Assembly: GCA_963702425.1 (NCBI GenBank)
Contig: CAVPCQ010000006.1
Span: 381,014 to 445,013 of the forward strand
Length of the DNA stretch: 64,000 bases
Origin: an uncultured Acidobacteriota bacterium
GTDB taxonomy: Bacteria; Acidobacteriota; Polarisedimenticolia; J045
Direction of reading: 5' to 3'
Below, in pieces: positions 39,075-49,700 of the stretch. The position numbers and the translations under genes were made by a program. The number at the start of each line of letters is the position of its first letter. Within the stretch, counting starts at the first letter, position 1. The notes beneath the pieces were generated by a model that saw nothing but the letters and a program-made list of their open reading frames with translations, did not search any database and had not been told where the DNA came from.

Positions 39075-40720
39075 CCGGCCGGGGTCGGGTCCCGCGCCGG
39101 TCTGCCGCTCTCGCACCGGCCGCCGGGTGGCTGGCGGCCGCGGCGATGACGATCGCGGTGAGCCTGCTCGGGGTCCCGCTCGCCGGCTGCGGCCATCGCC
39201 CGCCCGAAGATCCGGCCGCCGGGCTGCCGGTCCGCTTCCCGTTGCCCGCCGACCCGGTCACGCTCGACGCGGCGCGTGCGGTCGACACGACCTCGTTCGC
39301 GATCGCTCGGCTGATCGGCGACTCGCTGGTCGCGTTCGACGCGCGGCTCGAGCCGGTGCCGCGCGTCGCCCGCTCGTGGAACTGGTCCGAGGACCACCGC
39401 GTGCTGACCTTCTCGCTCCGGCCGGGGGTGCGCTGGCACGATGGACGGACGGTCACCGCGGCGGACGTCGTCCACACCTGGAGGATCCTCACCGCGCCCG
39501 ACGCGCCGCCCGACAAGGCGGTCGCCTTCAATCTCGTCGAGGCGGTCGAGGCGCCGGCCCCGGACACGGTGGTCGTCCGCTACCGCCGCCCGTTCGCACC
39601 GGCGCTCGGAGCCTGGACCCATCCGCTGCTCCCGGCGCACCGCGCCGAACGGGACCCCCCCGTCGGCTGCGGACCGTGGATCTTCGAGCGTTGGGACCCG
39701 GGCGAGCGCGTCGTGCTGCGCGCCAACCCCGACTACTACGACGGTGCGCCGCGCGCGCCGCGGCTGCTGCTGGAGGTCCTGCGCGACTACCAGACGCGCT
39801 TCGCGGCGCTCGAAGCGGGCCGGCTCGACGCCGCGCCGCTGCTTCCCGACACCTGGCGCGCTGTGAAGGACCAGCCCGCGTTCCGCGCCCGCTTCGACGT
39901 GCGCGAGTACCGTCAGCTCTACTTCTTCTACATCGCGTGGCGAATGGACGGGAGCAACCCCTGGTTCGCCGATCCGCGCGTGCGCCGCGCCATGACGCTG
40001 GCGATCGACCGGGCCGGCTATCTCGAGAAGGTCGCGCCCGGTTTCGGACGGCCCGCGGTGACGTCGATCCACCCGGACCAATGGTGCTTCGACGGGTCGC
40101 TGCCACCCCTCCCGTACGATCCCGCGGCGGCCGCGGCACTACTCGCCGAGGCCGGCTTCCGCGATACCGACGGCGACGGCGTGCTCGAGCGCGGCGGGGT
40201 CCCGTTCTCCTTCCGGCTGACGATCTCGCAGTCCTCGAAGGAGAACGAGCGGATCGCCGCCTTCGTGCAGGATCACCTGCGTCGCGTCGGCGTGGCGGTC
40301 GAGCTCGAGCCGCTGGAGTGGGCGGTCTTCCAGGAGCGTCTGCGCAGCGATCGATTCGAGGCGGTGATGCTCGGTCGCAGCCTCGACCCCGACCCCGACC
40401 CCTACGACCTTTGGCATTCCTCCCAGGCCACCGGCGGCGTCAACTATTCCGGGCTGAAGGACGTCGAGGTCGATCGCTGGGTCGAAGCGGCGCGCCAGAC
40501 CTTCGACCGCGACGAGCGGGGGCGGCTCTATCGCCTGCTGCAGTCCCGGCTCCACGCGCTGCAGCCCGACACCTTCTTCTTCTACCCCGACTCGCGCCTG
40601 GCGGTGAGCCGCGAGTTGGCGGGGCTCGAGACCTCGCCGCTCGGCGTCCTGGCCTTCTGGCCCGGCCCGTTCGCCTGGCACCGCCCGGCGAAGGCCGCGG
40701 CGCCCGCGGGCGAGCGGTGA
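39071..40720 (+). CDS. peptide ABC transporter substrate-binding lipoprotein (family 5)
   Basis: LAGC lipobox, LRPGVRWHDG, DPRVRRAM. Confidence 0.9.
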   Translation: MTGRGRVPRRSAALAPAAGWLAAAAMTIAVSLLGVPLAGCGHRPPEDPAAGLPVRFPLPADPVTLDAARAVDTTSFAIARLIGDSLVAFDARLEPVPRVARSWNWSEDHRVLTFSLRPGVRWHDGRTVTAADVVHTWRILTAPDAPPDKAVAFNLVEAVEAPAPDTVVVRYRRPFAPALGAWTHPLLPAHRAERDPPVGCGPWIFERWDPGERVVLRANPDYYDGAPRAPRLLLEVLRDYQTRFAALEAGRLDAAPLLPDTWRAVKDQPAFRARFDVREYRQLYFFYIAWRMDGSNPWFADPRVRRAMTLAIDRAGYLEKVAPGFGRPAVTSIHPDQWCFDGSLPPLPYDPAAAAALLAEAGFRDTDGDGVLERGGVPFSFRLTISQSSKENERIAAFVQDHLRRVGVAVELEPLEWAVFQERLRSDRFEAVMLGRSLDPDPDPYDLWHSSQATGGVNYSGLKDVEVDRWVEAARQTFDRDERGRLYRLLQSRLHALQPDTFFFYPDSRLAVSRELAGLETSPLGVLAFWPGPFAWHRPAKAAAPAGER

Positions 40721-41697
40721 GCGGCCCGCGCGCTGCACCCCAGTTCGCTGCGGCGGCCGCCACCCTCCTCGTCGCCGCGTTCCTGACCTACGCGGCGCTC
40801 GCCGCGCTCCCGGGCGACCCGCTCACTGCCTTCGTCGCCGAGGAACAGCGCGCGGCGCTCGACCCGGCGCAGCGCGCCCTGCTCGAGCGCGAGCTGGGGC
40901 TCGATGGCTCGCATCCGGTGCGCTTCGCGCACTGGCTCGGCCGCGCCGCCCGAGGTGACCTGGGAACCTCTTTCCGCTCCCGGCGCCCGGTCGCGCGCGA
41001 GATCGTCGAACGCCTCGGACCGACGCTCGAGCTGAACCTGACCGCGATCGCGCTCATCGCCGGGATCGGACTGCCGCTCGGCTGGTGGGCCGCACGCCGC
41101 TCGGCCGCGCGCGGCGCGCGCTGGGGCTCGGCCGCGCTGCTGGCGCTCTACGCGCTGCCGACGCTCTGGATCGCCCTGCTGCTGCAGTACGTGCTGTCGG
41201 TGCGCCTCGGCCTGCTCCCGCTCTACGGCCGAAGCGATCCGGGCACCGACGGCGGCCTCGCGGCGCGGCTCGCGCACCTCGTGCTGCCGGCTGCGACGCT
41301 GGCGCTGCACCAGGTCGCGTTCGTGGCGCTCTTCGCGCGCGACACCGCGCGCGCCGGGTTCCTCTCCCGCTCCGCTCGGCTGGCGCGCAGCGCCGGCCTG
41401 GCCGAGCACCGGATCTTCGTGCGACACGGCGTGCGGCCATCGCTGGTGCCGCTCGCTGCGCTCTTCGGGCTGATGGTCCCCGGCCTCGCCTCGGGCTCGG
41501 TGCTGATCGAGAATGCCTTCGCCTGGCCGGGTCTGGGCACTTACTTCGTTCAGGCGGTGCTGGCCCGCGATCTTCCGGTCGTGATGGGACTCGCGCTGCT
41601 GGCCAGCGGCCTGACGGTCGCGGGCAGCCTGCTGGCGGACGCGCTCGCCGGCGCCGCCGATCCCCGCGCCGCCGGGGCCGTCGAGGGGCGGCGGTGA
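40717..41697 (+). CDS. peptide ABC transporter permease (OppB-like)
   Basis: LPGDP, GDLGTSF, IENAFAWPGLG. Confidence 0.9.
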   Translation: MSGPRAAPQFAAAAATLLVAAFLTYAALAALPGDPLTAFVAEEQRAALDPAQRALLERELGLDGSHPVRFAHWLGRAARGDLGTSFRSRRPVAREIVERLGPTLELNLTAIALIAGIGLPLGWWAARRSAARGARWGSAALLALYALPTLWIALLLQYVLSVRLGLLPLYGRSDPGTDGGLAARLAHLVLPAATLALHQVAFVALFARDTARAGFLSRSARLARSAGLAEHRIFVRHGVRPSLVPLAALFGLMVPGLASGSVLIENAFAWPGLGTYFVQAVLARDLPVVMGLALLASGLTVAGSLLADALAGAADPRAAGAVEGRR

Positions 41698-42539
41698 CCC
41701 GCGCGCGGGGCGGTGGCTCGCTGGCCGCGGGCCTGGCTCTGCTGGCGGTGCTGGCCGGGCTGGCCCTGGGGGCTGCGGCCGTCGCACCGCTGGGTTGGCT
41801 CGACCCGCTGCGGGTCGACATCGATCGGGTCCTCGCCCCGCCGTCGCCGCGTCACTGGTTCGGAACCGACGGGCTGGGGCGGGACGTCCTGGCGCGCACC
41901 CTGCACGGCGGGGGGACGAGCCTCGGAGCGGCGGCGATCGCGACCGCGCTCGCGCTGGCCCTCGGAGCGACGCTCGGAGCGCTGGCCGGCGTCGCGGGGC
42001 GGCTGGGTGACACGCTCCTCTCGCGCACGGCGGACGCCTTCCACGCCTTTCCGCCGCTCGTGGCGGCGCTGGTCCTGCTCGGCGCCGGGGCCGGCCCGCT
42101 CGCGGCTCTCCCGGCCGGGCCCCGGGTGGGGCTGGTGGTCGGCCTCTTCTACTGGCCGGGGCTGTTCCGGTTCGTCCGCGCCGAAACCCGCCGGCTGGCA
42201 GTGAGCCCGCTGACCGACGCGGCCCGGGCCGCGGGAGCCCGGCGAGGCCGAGTGGCCTTTCGGCACCTGCTGCCGCAGGCCCTGGTCCCGCTGCTCGCCC
42301 CGGCACCCTTCGTGGCGGGGGGCGCGGTGCTGGCCGAGGCCGGGCTGGGTTTCCTCGGCGTCGGCGTCCGGCCGCCCGCGCCGTCCTGGGGGAACCTGCT
42401 TGCCGACGGTCTCTACTTCATCGACAGCGCCTGGTGGCTGAGTTTCTTCCCGGGAGGGTTCCTGTTTCTCGCCGTCCTCGGGTGTTTCCTGGCAGGCGAC
42501 GGTTTGCGGGGCCGGATCTCCCCGCCATCCGTGGACTGA
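41694..42539 (+). CDS. peptide ABC transporter permease (OppC-like)
   Basis: HWFGTDGLGRD, EAGLGFLG, PSWGNLL. Confidence 0.9.
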   Translation: MTRARGGGSLAAGLALLAVLAGLALGAAAVAPLGWLDPLRVDIDRVLAPPSPRHWFGTDGLGRDVLARTLHGGGTSLGAAAIATALALALGATLGALAGVAGRLGDTLLSRTADAFHAFPPLVAALVLLGAGAGPLAALPAGPRVGLVVGLFYWPGLFRFVRAETRRLAVSPLTDAARAAGARRGRVAFRHLLPQALVPLLAPAPFVAGGAVLAEAGLGFLGVGVRPPAPSWGNLLADGLYFIDSAWWLSFFPGGFLFLAVLGCFLAGDGLRGRISPPSVD

Positions 42540-42545
42540 CGTCGT

Positions 42546-43382
42546 TCAACGAGCTGACGGGAGGCGCAGCCGGAGCCCGGCCGGCCGGTATCCCTCGAGG
42601 TCCACGGCGACTTTTCGGAAGCCGACGGCCTGGACGGCCACCAGGACCTTCTCGCGCAGTTCGACCTCCAGCAGCCGCGCGATCTCGCCGGCGCCGACCT
42701 CGAGCCGGGCCACCCCGCCGTGGTCCCGCACGCGCACGACGCGAAATCCCAGGGCGACGACCGCTTCCTCGGCTCGGTCGATCCGGGCCAGCGCCTCGGG
42801 GTCGATCGGGGTGCCGGTCGGGACGCGCGAGGAGAGGCAGGCCGAGGCCGGCTTGTCCCAGATCGGCAGCCCGAGGCGCTGGGCGAGCGCACGGGCGTCG
42901 GCCTTGGTGATCCCGGCCTCGAGCAGCGGAGCGCGGAATCCGCCCGCTGCCGCGGCCTGCATCCCGGGCCGGTCCTCGTCGAGATCGTCGACGACGGGGC
43001 CATAGAGCATGACCGCCGCCTCGCGCTCGGCGATCGGGCGGACGACGTCGACCAGCGCCGCGCGGCACCAGAAGCAGCGATCGCCCTCGTTCCGGAGATA
43101 CCGCGGGTCGTCGAACTCGCGCGCCTCGACCAGCTCCAGCCGGGCCCCGATCCGCTCGGCGAGGGCCACCGCATCGCGCCGGTCGCGGCCGGGAAGGGAG
43201 GGGCCGACGGCGAGCACGCCGAGGGCCCGATCGCCCAGCTCCTCGGTCGCGATGCGGAGCAGGAGCGCGCTGTCGATCCCCCCCGAGAACGCGACGACGG
43301 CGCGCGGGAGGGCCCGGATCGAGGCGCGCAGGGTCGCCTCGCGCTCGGCGAGCCCGGTGTTCGAAACGATCCGTTGCTCCAT
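42546..43382 (-). CDS. larE: LarE-like ATP-dependent sulfur transferase
   Basis: AFSGGIDS PP-loop, RCFWC, RPGM, KPASACLSSR, RVRDHG. Confidence 0.88.
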   Translation of the reverse strand: MEQRIVSNTGLAEREATLRASIRALPRAVVAFSGGIDSALLLRIATEELGDRALGVLAVGPSLPGRDRRDAVALAERIGARLELVEAREFDDPRYLRNEGDRCFWCRAALVDVVRPIAEREAAVMLYGPVVDDLDEDRPGMQAAAAGGFRAPLLEAGITKADARALAQRLGLPIWDKPASACLSSRVPTGTPIDPEALARIDRAEEAVVALGFRVVRVRDHGGVARLEVGAGEIARLLEVELREKVLVAVQAVGFRKVAVDLEGYRPAGLRLRLPSAR

Positions 43383-43528
43383 CGCGCCGCGCCTCTCCCC
43401 AGTGCTGTCGGCCCAAGATACCCTACGCCGTGCAGCGCGACAGGGCGCCGCCCAGTACGATTCCGTCCTTGTTTGCGATGGTTCGCACCGTGCGGTGAAC
43501 GGCCCGCGCGAACTCCCCCCCTTCCATC

Positions 43529-43557
43529 TTGACTCGCCTTGGGCGTCACCGTAGCTT
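43529..43557 (+). promoter_or_regulatory. sigma70-type promoter for the giant protease gene
   Basis: TTGACT-17bp-TAGCTT, ~160 nt upstream of the ATG. Confidence 0.55.
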
Positions 43558-43715
43558 TCTCGGGCCCTGTCACCCGACTGGAGTCCGCCCTGCCCGTGGG
43601 CGCTCCTCGGGAGCCGTTCCGATCGACGCCATGAGGTACGCCCACCGAGGGCCGCGCCCGAGCGAGACGCGGCCGACGTGGGGAGCGCAACGCAATTCTC
43701 CTGGAGGAGGAGATC

Positions 43716-46700
43716 ATGCAGAACCGTTTTACAGCCGCGCGGTGGATGCTCGTCGTTCTCTGCGCCGGGGCCCTCTGGGCCTCGCTGGTCGTCGCCGACA
43801 CCGCTCCGAAGACGCCGTACTCGGCTATCCCGGGAAAGGCGGGTCCCGCCCCGACCGACTTGGATGTACGGGTCGCGGAGCCCACCATCAAGCCCCGCCT
43901 CTTCCAGCGGAACGTCGCGTGGTGGCCGTTCACGACGGGTCCCCACTACGGCGATCTCGACCTGCGTGGCGAGAGCGACTTTCCGGACGACGTCCTGCTG
44001 ACTCACGTCGGCAGCTTCCGGGTCGGTCAGGGGCTCGCGATTCCCGCCGAGCTGACGGGCTCGCTGTCCGGCCTTGCGGCCGGCCGGCCTCAGTACTTCC
44101 TGATCCAGATGCGCGCCGACTCGGTCAACTCCGAGTGGCCGCAGACGCTGGCGTCGATGGGGGCGACCGTCATGGGACGGACGCCGACCAACGGCGTCGC
44201 GGTGCGCCTGGACAAGGCCGCGTTCGACCGGCTCTCCGGATCGGCGCTGATCCAGTTCATCGAGCCCTACCACCCGGCCTACAAGATCCACCCCACCGTC
44301 GGGCACGTCGCTCAGGCGACCGCCGAAGCGGCCGCCTCGCCGATCTTCCGGCTCGAGGTCACGCTGTGGCCCGGTGAGCCCGCGGCCGCCACCGCCGACC
44401 TGCTGCGCCAGCTCGGCGCGACGGTCCTGAGCGTCACCGGCGTGCCGGAGCACGGCGAGACGATCGAAATCTCCGTCCACGCCGCGGCGATCCCCGAGAT
44501 CGCCAAGCTCGAGTCGGTCGTGCTGATCACCGAGTCCTCCCCGAAGATGATGTTCGGGCAATACGGCGCGGCCCTGCTGCAGAGCCCGAACTACGAGACC
44601 GGCGACTTCCCATACTGGAAGGCCGGGATCGATGGCGACGGCCAGGTCGTCGCCGTGCTGGACTCCGGGCTGTCCGTCGACGCCGCGGATCACGCCGACA
44701 CCGCGGCCGCGTCGGGCTGGTCCGCCAACGGTGCGGGGGGCGCCTGCGCCACCCTGACGGCCTTCGCCGGCTGCAACAACCCCAACAACGGCGCCGATCC
44801 GAGCGCCGGGAACTGCCACCGGAAACTGGTCTGCTACCGCTGGCCGGTCGGTGGGGTCGCAGCCAATTCGAACTACAGAGGGTGCGACGACACGGCGAAC
44901 GGGCGCTTCACGCACGGCCAGTTGGTCACGAGCACCGTCTTGGGCAACCCGGTGCGCGGCCGCGTCCCGGCGCCGGGCAACCCCTCCCCGACCGATACCG
45001 TCCCAGCCGACGATCCGAACAGCTTCCGCACCCGCGCCTACGGGCTCGGCGGGTTCGTCGACCAGGACAAGAACGGGCGATTCAGCGAGACCCAGGACCT
45101 GGCTTTCGACGGGATCGCCAAGGGCGCCCGCGTCGTGTTCTTCGACGCGGCCACGGCCTGTCCCGAAGCCGACAATCCCGGCGTCTTCCCGGGAAACTTC
45201 GTGTCGACCGTGACGGAGGCCAGAACCCTGCACGGCGCCACCGTGTTCAACAACTCGTGGGGTAGTGGCGGCGGCGGCTCAGCACCGGTCTACGCCCCGA
45301 GCGGGCGCAACAACGATCTCATCGTGAGGGACTACCCGATCATGGTGATCTCCCAGGCCGCCGGCAACGACGGCGCGGCCTCGGCCAACTCGGGCGTGGC
45401 CACGATCAGCGACGAGGCGAGCTGCAAGAACTGCCTCTCGGTGGGCGCCTCCGAGAGCTTCTTCTCCAGGAACTCCGTGGCCAACTACACGTCGGAAGGC
45501 CCGGCCTTCCTCGGCAGCCCGGCCAACAGGTCGCGCGTCGTGCCGACGATCCTGTCGGAAGGCCAGGAGAGCGCCTGCCGCTCGGAGGACTCCGGAGCGG
45601 AGGACCAGACCGGTGCCGCGACCTGCCAGCAGCAGGGCGCCGCGGGCACGTCCTTCGCTGCGCCGAACATCGCCGGCGCCACTGCGCTGATCCGCGAGTA
45701 CTTCGAGCAGGGCTTCTACAACAACCGGCCGACGAAGGCGATTTCGAGCCGCCTCGTCCGGGCGCTCATGTTCGCCGGAGCGGCCCCGATCACGAACGGC
45801 AAGACCTTCATCCCGCCCGCCCGATTCAACAACGTCTGGGGCTATGGCCACCTCCAGTTGACCCGCATCCTGCCGCTCGCCGAGTACCCGCAGACGGTGC
45901 CCGGGCTGATCGTCCACGACCTGCCGCCGGGCGACCTGAACGGCGACGGCACGGTGCCGGACGGCGTGAGCGATCTCAACCTCCCGGGGACCATCAACGG
46001 CGGCCAGACGCTGACCTCGGAGTTCACCGTCAACGGCGTGACCGACGACCTGGTGGTCACCCTGGTCTGGGACGACACAGTCGGCGCCGCGCTCGAAACG
46101 GGCGTGCTGAACGACAACCTGAACCTCGACGTCCGCTACTGCGGCATCGACGGCGTCTGCGGCAACGCCGACGACGAGGTCTACCAGGGCAACGCCTTCA
46201 GCGAGGATCCTGAGCGGGACAGCACCCGCAACGCCGACCTGCTCGTCGGCGGCCGCGCCGGCGCGGACCCGGACGGCTGGTGGTACAGCCTTCCCAACAG
46301 GTTCATCACGACCGGGGGCGGCACCCTGACCCAGTGGCGCGACGTCGGAAACAACTCCGAAGCCGTCTTCGTCGCCACCTTCCTGAATCGTCCGGACGAG
46401 AACCTCGACGGCACGGCCGATTTCCGGCGTGCAGACGCGAACGGAGACGGCACCCTCGACTCCGCGATCCTCTGCGACAACGCGGACCCGAACTGTGCCG
46501 GCGGCTTGGCGATGACCGGCAAGTGGCGCGTCGATGTCAGCGCGGCCGCAGCCGTCCCCGCCGGCAAGCCGTTCTCGGTCGCGATCGCCGGCCCCGTCGT
46601 CGCCGGCTCGACCGTCCGATTCAGCGACAACCCGATCGTTTGCAACGGGGCGAGCCGAATCGTCGTCGAAGAGAGGGCAGCCGCCGGCGCCGACGCCGAT

Positions 46701-49700
46701 CCGAACTGCATCGGGCCGAGCAACTGCTCTCCGAGACGTGATCTCCGCGCGCACGATCGTCGAGGTCTTCGACGCGAGCAACGTGCTCAGGGACACGGAG
46801 ACCGGCCTGGGGTTCGATGCGCCGCCTGCCGGCTCGCTCCGGTTCCAGACCACGAAACCGGTCCCGGTCAGCATCGACAGCTCGGCCGGCGGTACCAACG
46901 GCGTCCTCTACGTCGCGAACGGCTGGCGCATCCGCGTGCGCTACAGCGACAACAACGGCAGCACGACCGTCGTCCGCGAGTCCGAGGCGGCGATCGATTG
47001 CCAGTCCGGGCTCGAGGTCCAGCTACTGTCGCAGCTCGGCCGCGACACGTTCTTCCGGCTCGACGGCGGCTGCGACGACGACCCGTACCTCGACTTTGGC
47101 GAGACCTTCGGTCTGACCTTCCAGTTCTACAACCAGGACGGGCGCGAGCTGCCGGACGCCGAGGTCGAGCTGAAGGTGGTGGACGCCGACACCTGCACCG
47201 TGAACGAGAACGACCCCTGCCGCAACGCCTGCGCGCAGGCCAGCTTCATCCGGATCGACAACCCGATCCAGAAGATCGGGCTCCTGCCGGCGTTGTCGTT
47301 CCAGCAGTCGACCTTCAGCCTGGCGGTCGTCGGAACGCCTCCGGCCCGCAAGAAGGTCGAGTTCGTGCTCGGCATGCGCAGCCAGAAGGCCGGCCAGGGC
47401 GAGAAGAGCTGCCAGACCTTCCGCACCCTGGACGCCTTCCAGCTGCTGGCGCAGGCGGACGACGAGGTCCGGAACTTCACGACCGACTGCCAGACCGGGT
47501 GCACCCTCAACTTCGACCGCAACGGTGACGAGAAACTCGAGAACCGGATCGCGCCCAATCCCTTCGACCCGTTCGACTTCGCGCTGCGCGGCCAGGATGA
47601 GACCGCGATCGTCTACGAATCCCTGACGTCGCCGCAACGTAGCAAGCCGTGCACCTCGCCGGGCGTCCCGCCGGGATGCTGCCAGAACTGCGCCGCCAAC
47701 GGTGCCCTCGGCGGCCCGTGGGACTTCGACACGAACCGCGAAGGGTTCCGCACCGGCATCAGCCAGACCTCCAAGCTGTCCTCCACCGACGCGGACGGCT
47801 GCTCCAACTGGGGTGAGGACCGGAACTGGAACGACTCCTACGATACCGGCGAGGACCAGAGCCCGGGCACCCCGAATGTCCTCGACCAGAACTGGGGGAC
47901 GGGCGGCGGCTGCGGCTTCATGACCGGTACCGGCCCCACCACCGGCGGCGTCTGGCACACCGGTACGATCGGCCCCTACAACAACAACGGCGGCCTGGCC
48001 TGCCGCCCGAACGACAGCATCTGCGAGGAGTACGACACCAACGACGGCACGCAGGGGACGGCCTTCTGGGTCGAGTTCCTGCGCACCCCGGCGATCCACC
48101 CGATCAGCCAGGGGCCCGACGCCGTCGACGGCTACCAGTGGAACACCCAGATCACCGACTGGGCCTGGAACATGCAACTCGACCTGGCCGACGACCTGTA
48201 CTCCGGCTGGACCTGGAATTTCGACGTCGACCGCAACAACACCAACGAAATCAACACGCTCGGTTCCGAGTTCATCGCCTTCATCGACGCCGGCCAGTAC
48301 GGCCTGATCTCGGGCGGCCAGCTCAACATCTTCGGCGGCGGCCACGCCTTCGCCCCGACCGAGATGCGCGACGGCAACCCCAACGAGGGCGACGGCGTCA
48401 ACGGGACCCGGGGGAACAACCGCAGCGGTCTCCGAGGCTGCTACTTCAACGACCTCAACACGATCGACCTCGACGGCACCTCCCCCGGCACTCAGACGGC
48501 CGTGTTCCGTGAGAGCGGGGACGCCCGGCCGCTGGACGACGACTGCGACAACGACTACTCGCTCGGCGATAAGGGTTGCCCGGGCGACTGCGGGGTGGAC
48601 GACGACGTCAACGGGGCGATCGACGACCCACTCGAGATCTGCCCCTGCTTCCGGTGCGTCGCCGGCAGCCCCCGTGCCGGCAAGCCGTGCGTCGACTTCA
48701 AGCAGTGCAACGCGGGCAACACGACCGTCTACGCCTGCGCTCTCGATGTCGATACCAACGGCAGGCCGTTCCCGCTCGGCACCGGCGCTCAGACCGACGT
48801 CTGCGGCGACGGCACGACCGACAATACGCTGGCCGCGACGTTCGGCAGCAACACGACGCTGCGTCAGTCGCGGAACTGGAACATCCGCCGCATCGCCAGC
48901 AGCGGTCGAGTCACGGGGAACATCGCCTACAACACCCTGGAGGACATCTACGGCCCGGCCGGCGACACCTGGGCAGGCGAGGTCGGCTTCATCGTGTACG
49001 AGGCGCAGGGTAACCCGCAGCCCATCAACGGCTACGGGATGGCCATCGACGACATGGTCGTCGAGTGGAAGGAGAGCCACCCGGTGGCGCAGGTCGGCGA
49101 CAAGTGCTCGACCGGCACCAACCCGGACTTCCTCGGCCAGTGCGCGACGGTGAGCGTCGGCACGTTGTATGTCACCGACGGCGACGGATCGATTCCGGTC
49201 ACCGTGATCGACCCAGTACCCACGGACAACCTCGTCAACTGCGACGCCGATCCGGCCCTCGAGCTGCAGGTCCAGGCCTTCTCGTTCGCCGAGCCGGTTC
49301 CGGAGACCTTCTGTCTCGACCCGGTCGGCTCGGCCGGGGTCGAGTTCAGGGGTTTCGTCACGACCTCCTCGCGCTCGGCGCGTCCGGCCGACAAGAAGGT
49401 CTATGTCGCCTATGCCGCCAACATCGCGCCGTCGGTGACGGTGCGCTACTTCGACAAGAACGACGGCAAGAACGTCGTCAGCGCCGGTGCCGACGGCCAG
49501 CCCGGCGTCGCCGGCTTCGACGACGACGGGGACGGCTCGGTCGACGACGCGGACGAACTCTGTCCGCAGACGACCCGGCTCGCGAACGGGCGCACGCCCC
49601 ACCTCCCGGGTACGGCCGCCCGCTACTCCGACGACACCTGCGGCTGCATCGACAACCCGGTCGCGGCCGTCGTCTCCGCCTTCTTCGACTTCGCCGACGT

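Noticed and set aside
42546-43382. complete nickel-pincer (lar) system
   Set aside because: Only larE is present in the window; stand-alone larE homologs are common.
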